Positions 1-9,700 of a stretch of DNA of 60,000 nucleotides are shown piece by piece. The notes below the pieces were generated by a model. That model saw only the letters and a list, made by a program, of their open reading frames with translations. It was not told the origin of the DNA and ran no database searches. Position 1 is the first letter of the stretch, and the number at the start of each line of letters is the position of its first letter. This DNA is from Laetmonice hystrix (taxonomy: Eukaryota): positions 13,704,001 to 13,764,000 of the forward strand of contig OZ249436.1 of NCBI GenBank assembly GCA_965235115.1. The letters are read 5' to 3'. The translations under genes were made by a program, and so were the position numbers.

Positions 1-3000
1 ATCGATGTGACGGTTCCAGCATCATAGACCACCAACGACCGACTGATTGTCATGTCCGTAGGAAGGACGCATTGATCCACACACGGATGCTCACTGACAT
101 CAAAAGTGTCACTGCCAAGTTCTCGAGCAGCAGGCAGATCGTGGTGGGGAGGGGTGGGGGTCTAGAGGTAGCTCCTCTGGGCAGATCGAGCCGGGGCAGA
201 ACGCACGTCATTCTCTGGTCTCCCGTCTCGCAGTGGTATTTGCTGAACGTCACGTGACGGCTAGCGGCGTTGGAATTGACAAGGGGATTGGACCAAGGAG
301 ACATCAATGTTTCTTGTACCCGTTCCTGCTGAACCATTACCTCGACTGGGGCCGGCGGTGGAAACGACTACAGCCCATAACATAATCATATTAAAAATAG
401 TAATAACTGACATATTGACGGCGTCCATTTTAATTAGGAATTAATAGAGCTCTTGTCAGACAAAGATAAAGAGGGGGTATTATAGTCACTTTATTGTTCA
501 GCTATGTCCAAATGCCAGGTTGGAATTTTTGTCGTAGATATATTAGGTCCCTATATGAATGTAGTTTTCAATAATGTGCTCATTTGTTTTTGACGATGAC
601 CTTACTGAATAGACTACTAAATTATGGACAGTCAGCAAAGATGGGACCCTTTTAAAACAATGTTTATGCATATTTACTGACCACGTTTAATACGACTTCT
701 TACCTAATGTCAGCAACAACACTCAAAAAGGAGTCAATGACAAAAGTGTTTCGATTTTTAGGCTTTTAATGCTTTAGAGTCTCTCTTTTTTTGAATTTTG
801 AAAAGGATAAGAACGTAAAGTATGCTATGTTTGATCTTATGTTTTCTGTCTTCACGCCGTGTTGGCGTCTGCCGTGAGGCGCCTGTTGCAGACCGCTGTC
901 GGGCACCACATCGGCAAGTGTAAATCAAGAACCGAACGCTACTTGTGCTGCGTCACTTCAACAGCAGACGACATCCGTTTGTCTCCGAGCAGGCTTCCCG
1001 CGTCTGTCTCCTTCTCCAGCACGAGCCTGGCTTCCAACTGGGTCGTCGTGGTCTATGAGCGAGACAGTCGCCTGACGCCTGATCCTAGTGCATACAACAA
1101 GTCGCGATAATGACCGCTTACAGGCTGAACATTGGCAATGGCTATTATCATGTCGCCTTGATTGGCCTAACTACTGAGGGGCGACGGTTGCCCAAGTGGG
1201 CCTCTGAATCTTATGGCGTCGTTTCTATTTGTTTTCTACCAGTTATAGTTAGGAGCCGACACCTTTATGCACGAGTCTGGCCAGGTGTGTAGCTGAAGCG
1301 GGGTTTTGGAAATATGTAACGAGGTAGAGCCACAGATCGTTGTTGAGATGCCGGGCGGGCCATTCCTCTCGTGCCGGGCGGGAATCCAACGTGGCGCTGA
1401 GAGGCCCGCGAGCAGCGCCACGTTGCGGCCACAGACAGCAGGAGGCGAGAGGCTGTATATATGGTGCAGCTGGCACCTTTTTCTCCTCTCCGCAATACCG
1501 GCTGCGCTGACATGGTGCATATCTTTGGAGTCTTGGAAGAATATCTTCGAAACAACAGATGTTGTAACTTTGCTAGTTAAATGCTAGTTTCCTCGGTGGC
1601 TGATTCTGTTTCAACACGACTGTTTGAGCTGTTCCCTAATAGTCACGTGGCTATGTGATTCTCCGATCGGCTCAGACCGGGCGGACATGTTGAATGCGTC
1701 TTGAAGGATCACCGGCACGCCTTCCAGCAAATGGAAAGAAAAATGGTGTCATTATGGAGAAACCTGAATGCGATTAGACCACTCGCTACGAACCCTAATT
1801 GCTTTCGTTTTCATTTTTCATTGGCTTCTCAATTCCCGTATTTTTCCTAGCTTGAAATGATGCCTTGAACTCAATATCTGACATTCCCAGAGGAACTGCT
1901 TTCATTAAAAGGTGCGCCATGTGGAATGGTCCCCAAACGGATGCCTCTGTCGGATTTGGGACAGAGACGCCACAAGGAAGAGCATGGTATAGCAGATCTA
2001 GAGGGGCCATCGCTTGAAGTCGCTGCGCGTCGACGATAGGTACTCGGTGGGATTCCCACCATCTTCTCAGAACCAGCTCCACACATAGTTTCTGGCGACT
2101 GTTCTTGGCAGGGCATATCGAGTCCATAGCTGTCTATGCCCTGGGGAAAATATACATCTTCCTCAATTCCTTTAACGCGGTTCAAGCAGCTCCCCAAGGC
2201 ACGATCAAGCAATTGAGGAAATGCACCAATGATGGTTTGCCTCACAGAGGATGAGCTGCGATATGTGGTAATTTTCTGTGGTCATTTGGCAAGGAGCACA
2301 CGGCTCTGCCCCCGTCCCCTTCACCTCCCCCCTCCCCCTCCCCACCCCAAGACGGAAATAGGACACGTGGTGGATAAAATAAACAAGCGGGTGATGAGGA
2401 GGTGGAGGCAGGGCGGTATCCGGCCCTAGGGATGTTATCTGTGCCTCTACCAGCCGCTGCCAGCCGCCGGCGGGGCTGATTCTCAGCAAGTGGATCGATC
2501 CGACTCGATCATGTACGTCCATTTAATGTGTTGATCACGTCCGGTCGGTGGCTGAACTCAGGACGGCTTACCGTGGCGTCACAAGGCGTGACCGAACTCG
2601 TGACGACTGGTGGCGCCCTGTCACGTGGGGCGGTACATTGCGCAATGCGGCGCCGCTATCTACCGGCAGCCACGTGCTCCCACGAGTACACACTATTTAT
2701 CCCTGGACCAACCCGCCAGCAGACTGTCTGTCAAAAGTCTGCTGGCTCGCCATTCCGCTCTAAAGGACATAGGTTATTACTCACCTGAAGTTCACAGACA
2801 GTCAAAGACCGCGTGTTTTCAAGAGAAACAGTTTCACTCAGATTGCAGAAAGCGTTGGACTTCCTTTATGCGGTATAGATGGGGCAGGGATGCTATTCCA
2901 TTAATTACAAGCTCTTCGCAACTTTTGCCGCGAGATATTCTTTATACTCTAGTAGTTGTAATAAAAATACTGAACGGTTAATTTATGTATCACATACGGT

Positions 3001-3618
3001 GGCCGATACAGGCCATTTGTGCTGCTTATACATACACGTGCCGCCAGGGGGCGATTATCTACTTGTGCAAAGGTCGACTGTAAGAAACGGAACGAATAAT
3101 TTACGGGGACATTTGTAATTGTCAGCGTTTCCTTACAACATCTCACAGACATACACATGTACGCAGATTTCACGACCAACAGTTAGTGGCTTCAATCAGA
3201 AGGTTTATTACCTGGTTGTCAAAATGATATACGCGTTCGTCGATTACACAACCCAGAAAACATGTTTGTGATAATGGACCAGGAGGTGTAATTCACAGTC
3301 AGGTTGAATGAAGTGCTTTCTGTTCTGACGGACGGGGCGAGATATGAACAAATGATAAAACTTTAACCAAATTACATCACCTAATGAGCAACATGCGTGA
3401 ACCAGTAAACTATAGCGCTAACGACGTTTCTGTTGTTAACCATTGATTTGCGTGATTGATATTTAAGGGTATCACTTTGTACATTTTAATGGCTCCTGTT
3501 AATGTTGCAAGACGATCGCCAGGCTGCGTGCTTTATCTGCATTGTCCTTATAACACACCTTGTAGTTCTCCGAACAGACGTGAGCTATTCATTTCGCCTT
3601 TTCTTTTCTTTTATCAAG

Positions 3619-3728
3619 GCATGGAATGACTACAATCTCCGATGGAATGAAACCGAGTATGGCGGAATCAAAAGTATACGGGTCCCACCGAAATTCCTTT
3701 GGAAACCCGACATTCTCATGTACAATAG
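3619..3728 (+). CDS. CHRNA7: nAChR alpha7-like exon (CHRNA7 exon 4 equivalent), [36 protein letters not shown]
   Basis: Pyrimidine tract and AG at 3617-3618, donor AG|gtatgt at 3729; 110 nt. Confidence 0.95.
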
Positions 3729-6700
3729 GTATGTCAGCATCAACCCACTACCACGGCGTCAAGGTCGTAACCATGACTACAGCTCCCATATTACCTCAAG
3801 GCTGAAGGAGAGGGCAATGAGAATTACTTACGTAGTTTACCATTATCATTAAAGTAGGTCATCAGGAATGAAGTAAATTAATGAGTGAGGGAAACCTGAT
3901 TTTCTTTCGTCGACATAAAATAAATATAAAAGAGGTGGAATTAATTGAGAGTGAAAAGAGGTATGTGCAGCAACGTTACATTATGTGCAGCAACGTTACA
4001 TTAGGAGCCATAATAATGTTAACGACAACAGTTTATTGATATACGGACATTAACCATCTCAAATTAAAGTACTCTGAGATCCACGAACCGTTTAATTGGC
4101 TGAGGAATGATAGCGTTGCCTGTTCTTTGTTTGCGGTTGATGTGTTTCCCATACCTATAAACACATAAACACTGTGTTTCAGCGCTGACGAGGATATCGA
4201 CAGCACCTTCCCGACCAATGTCGTCGTTTCATCGAACGGTGACTGTCTCTGGGTTCCCCCGGGACTCTTCCTCAGCACGTGTAAAATAGATATAACATGG
4301 TTCCCATTCGATGATCAGAAATGTAATATGAAATTTGGTTCATGGACATACGATGGTTCGGCCATAGACCTCCAGCTTCAAAACGAAGGAGGCGACATAT
4401 CCAGTTTCATACCCAACGGAGAGTGGCAACTAGTCGGTGAGACTTGGTTTTCTCCCTTAATCCATGGAGTCGTAACTATTCATTAAACGGTAAATACATG
4501 AGTCTTGAAACGGATTTTAATGTAGCACTTTTCAGTGAAAAATCTTCAGGTGTATACCTGAAGTAATCAAACCGTCCTTTATTTTATATGTATAAAATTT
4601 CCGACAACAGAATTTGTGAAAATGGCGCAAATACGGGAATATCTTTCAACGTAACATTTTTACCCTGCCCTTAGAAGATGATAGACTGTAAAGAAACAGT
4701 CACATAACTGTTAGTATAATGGTACGGCTTAGAGATGTAGACAGAGGGCGCATGCTCAGTAGATAAGTGCGCTGATTGGCCGATAAATGTAGAATATTAT
4801 ATTGATTCCTTGATTTAGGTCATTGATACACCTAGAGCCACCGTATATTGCCGAGATACAGACTAACATATTATTGCTTTAAGCTTAGCTTCACCAATAC
4901 TTCATCATGTCCTCCTATTTTGTGAACAATGCAATGTTGTCAGAACGTCCGAAGGCATCCTAAACTAGAGGTTTTAATCAGGGAAGTATGAGGTAGGATT
5001 ATATTCGTATGAGACAGATTAAAGTCCTGAGGAAAACAGTACTTTGAGGTAAGCGCCTTGTGTGGCCATACCCAGGAGGGCGGCTACTTCAGTCAAAAAA
5101 ACTCTTTCCAACTTGTACATGCCCATAGAAACAACCCAAACCTAACCAATACTGATGTACATTAACAAGGTATATAACCCACTAATGGTATTCTTTATTA
5201 TGATCAAGATGAAATCCTTCTATTTACATGTGGAAACTTTTACCCCTTTCGCTGCCTCTAATAACCAACAACCTACTCCCCATTCTGTATAGCGTCAACA
5301 CCTCAAATGGAGCTTTCTCGTGGCCACAATTTTTTTAAATGAAGAGAATTTACCACAAATGTAACGTGAACTGCTCGTCTTTTGGTTCTCCCTACGTTAC
5401 ATGGCGCTCGGCCTGCCAAACTTCCTTCACTTGGGCACAAGTTCGTTTCATGGAACATTCCTTGGCAATCTCGGTCAGGTGTTTGTACATTTTCACAAAT
5501 GCACATGTCAATAAAGAAAACGGTCTCCGACGTTCGTGACTGACCACCTTGCTATTGTCGTTTTCCGAACCCTTCAGTAATTGTCCTAACTTGGCGTTGT
5601 TGTGAGTACGCGAACGTTTTTTTTATACATTAACCGTTATCAAGAATGCATAACTAATCCAACGTGACCTTTATTACATTTGATAACTGACGTATTCAAT
5701 CATGCTCCATGGGACATGCCAATGTTGCAATTGCTCAAATTAGTCTAGACGATTTAAAAAAAGGTTACTCTGATTTGATTTCGGTTTTTAGCTTTTAGAG
5801 CTGTTTTTACTAAAGGTTCCTTTTGCATAATATTTATCTCCTCCGGTTGTTTGCTTGGTGCGGTTTACAATCGTCGGTTGAAAAAGTGTTATCGCTAACC
5901 TTTTCGTAACGTGATTGCTTGGAGATACTGTTTATCGCGTGGAAAAATTGCATATGTTTCTCCCAGATGAGTGTAGTTGTTTGCTTTGTAATGCTTCATT
6001 ATCCGATTCTTTGTTCTGGTTACGTTTATTTGCGAGGCTGAATCCTGACGTTAAAATCATAACTACTATACCAGCGTGGTTGTGGATGATTCCCCCACTG
6101 TCCTCCGTTCGGCTCCGTTTGGATCGCATGTGAGAAGCACGGGAGCAAGGCAGCATTGGGCATGTGCAACGGATAGTGGGTGGAAGTAATACGGTGTCCT
6201 ATCTTTGCAGATGTCCCTGCCAAGAGGAATGTTGTACAGTACGACTGTTGCCCAGAGCAGTATATCGATATTACATTTACCATCAAAATAAGGCGCAGAA
6301 AGCTCTACTACGTTTTTAACTTGGTTGTTCCCTGCCTCATGCTTTCCCTACTATCGCTATTGGTATTCGCGATGCCCCCGGATGCAGGAGAAAAAATTAC
6401 CTGTGGTAGGTTTCAAAACAGTTTTTATCTTTTGAAAAAGGCGACGCCATCGTTTGACTTGTGTCTCGGTTATCTTCTTTGTTTCTAGGTGTACCAGCTA
6501 AGCGCAGTGTTGTACAGTACGAATGCTGTCCCGAACAATATATAGATATTACGTTTACTATCCACATACGACGGAGAACGCTGTATTATGGATTTAACTT
6601 GATAATCCCCTGTGTTTTGATATCATCAATGGCACTGCTGACTTTCGTCCTCCCGCCTGACGCGGGGGAGAAGATATCACTAGGTAAGACAGCTCCAATG

Positions 6701-9700
6701 TGACGTCACAGTCATGGCGATGACGTTGTTTAACTGCACTGATCAGATCTGTGTCGTTGGTCGGAGACGCTATGACGTCATATATGTTATGTACTCACTG
6801 CATGTTTCGATATAGACAGGGTCCTGAGGCTAAAAAAATGGCCTAGATCTATAATATGTTGGATAATCATTAGGAAAGGCTTTCGGTAAATCAAAAATGG
6901 TTCCAAGCACTATAGATTTATAATACGAAAAAAAGAGGGAAAAGAAAAAGCTTTCAAACCATTATTTCTTTTTACTAAAAGAGTTTTTTTGTATTCGAAA
7001 CATCTGATCTTGATAAGTTTATATTATTATATTAGCATTGACATGGAACATTTCTTCTAACATCATGAAGATCTTTAACGTCTAATCCCTTTAGAGCATC
7101 TATTTCAGGTTGCGCGCGCAGCTAGCTCAGTACCATGGGAATCCTCATCGATATAATAATGTCTGGAAAAATACATGATATAAACATTATGATGTAAAAC
7201 AGCCAGATCTTGTTTAGAACTTACTACACCACGTTGATTTCTACTGCAGTAAAAATGTAAAAAAAATAACAGTGCTGTTAAAGATATTATGTAGACGGAA
7301 TCTCAAATGCCACTACAGTTGTGGACATTTTGTATTGAGCTATTGGGAACGGTTACAAAGTACTACAGCATGCTGACATAAACGATATCCCCGTCCACTA
7401 AGTATACTTTACACAGCGCTTAAAATCTGCTCCATAAGGATTCCCCCAGGAGGAATCTGTTGCGCATGCACCTATCGGATGTGGCAGTGATGTATGCATT
7501 ATTATGTGTACAATGTCCATTGTATTGTGTAACTCTTGTAGCATGATCTACCTCTGTCAGGCGCGAATGGTGACTGGTGTCACTTTTACCGAGTTTCTAT
7601 CCGAAACAACACGCGGCTGTTGAGAATTTGAACTACGTATCACTGGTATTTCTTTATAATAAAACTTCATGCAGTGGACAGCTAGCTCATCCGGGACCTA
7701 GCAGACGAAAAGGGGGTTAAGAGAAGCTAAAGGCAATAGAGAGTGGACAAGTTGACCATTCGACGCGCAGTACACTGACGAACAAATCTAGGCGCACAGT
7801 GTCCATGTGTTGTGCCCCGACTGTTGGCACATATTATTCGTGATCGCATATAGGTCCCCTATTGTATTATGGGTATATTAATGTAGTTTGTGCCAGCCCT
7901 TGTCACCTTCAAGTAGTCCACGTATGTATTGCGTGTAAACTGTACTTGATGGGATTATCCAATATGCTAGACTTTTACCCTCTTTTTTCACATTATTATC
8001 GTGTATTTATTGTACTACATGTGTAGTTCCCTGTTGTGTAGAATTCATAGTACATATACATGTATTTCTGTTTGGGGCTTACACATATATCATGCAGGTT
8101 TTCCAAGCAGTGGTTGGCTCAGCTGCACAGGGTCCAGTCTTTGAGATAAAATGGTCAAGTTCCAGTACAAAAGAGTTTAATGGTCACATACTGAAGCTTA
8201 AGGCCGTTCATTTAAATCAAACCGTTATTGGCAGTTTATTAAAATAATAATAATAATAATAATATTAATGTGAGATGACCACTTGACTGGCTGCCCCAAC
8301 CCTGTGGCCCAGCCGAGCTAGGAGCCTGTAACAATGGTATTATCTGTAAACCCTGAACCCGTTACCGCCGCCGAGTGTGAACAGAGCGGTTCACTGGGCC
8401 AAAGGTGGAGAGTGTTACCTCGACTGAACTGTGTAATGTTCTCTTCGTTCCAGGCGTCACTATTCTCCTGTCTCTCACTGTGTTTCTCCTGCTGGTAGCA
8501 GAAACAATGCCCCCAACCTCGGATGCGGTGCCACTCATAGGTGAGGGATGCCCCATCAAATTGATACCTCGTTCTAATGCACTATACGAGTAGCCCATGA
8601 GGACAGAGATGGACCTAATGGAATAAAAACTAACGTACTCAAACTGTTCTCTAGCTGAGCAGACTGCTCTACATGCGCCTCTTCTTCTGACTCCGTTTAC
8701 TAACAGTCCGTGCTCGTTTCTTGACAACAAATCATGTATTTTTTGTGTTTGATTTTCACGAGAATGTTACATAGCTAACAAATATTTTGTCTACAATTTT
8801 TTTGGAAGAGTGTGTTCACCCCAAAACCACATCCACCCCCTCACCCTGCCGGCAACCCCTTCCTAATACCAGCAACTCCTCCCCTAACACCCGCATGTTC
8901 GCAGTTAACCCCGGATCCGTTTGGGCGTTCTTCCTGTCCATCTACAGTACAACGTGAAGAACTTTCTAATTAACACACTTTTTGATGATATTATTATGGT
9001 TATCGTCACCCTGAATCAGCTGAACCGTACGGAGAAGTTTTGTGTGGTTGTTTTTTTGTAATAAAATGCCGCTTAGTGAGGCGGCCTCAGTCCTATTCGC
9101 AATCACCACGTGCATGGTAAAGTTCGGGAAGCGAAGTTTAACAGTGCTCAGCGCTACACGCGGATGAAAACAAAGAACGCTCAAAAGGAAGATGGCGCTG
9201 ACCTCCGACCGTCCCATTTGGTATGTATCCGCCAGTCATAAACAAATAGCATGGAGGATTTGTTTATGAAGCAAAATACATACTGACCGCATGGTCTCCC
9301 ATCGGCGTCTAATAACCCTAGTCTATAGTATGCTTTTGTGGCGTAATAATAGTAACAAAACATTTCGGAATCTTTTCGCATTAACCATTTAGAACATTAT
9401 GACCGGAAAAATCTAGGGTTGTCTTAGGGAAGGGAACGATACCCAGGGAAATAAAACAAACGGGTTGAGCATTAGGAATGTTGACAAGTGGATTAGATAA
9501 ACAGAGCCATTTATAACTATGGAAATATGAAAAGTATTGGTGGTGGTGGTGGTGTAAGACTTGGTTACCATTGCCATTTGTTACCATTGCCTTTGGTTAT
9601 CATTGCCTTTGGTTACCATTGCCATTGGTTACCATTGCCTTTGGTTATCATTACCTTTGGTTACCATTGCCATTGGTTACCATTGCCTTTGGTTACCATT

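Noticed and set aside
1..3618. nAChR exons 1-3 (e.g. DEKNQ-type exon)
   Set aside because: No matching translation found by eye; presumably upstream of the window
5967..6133. Possible third, decayed exon 7 copy ([17 protein letters not shown] in register with [17 protein letters not shown])
   Set aside because: Only scattered identities, no vicinal Cys, no GEK and no suitable donor before the stop; likely chance
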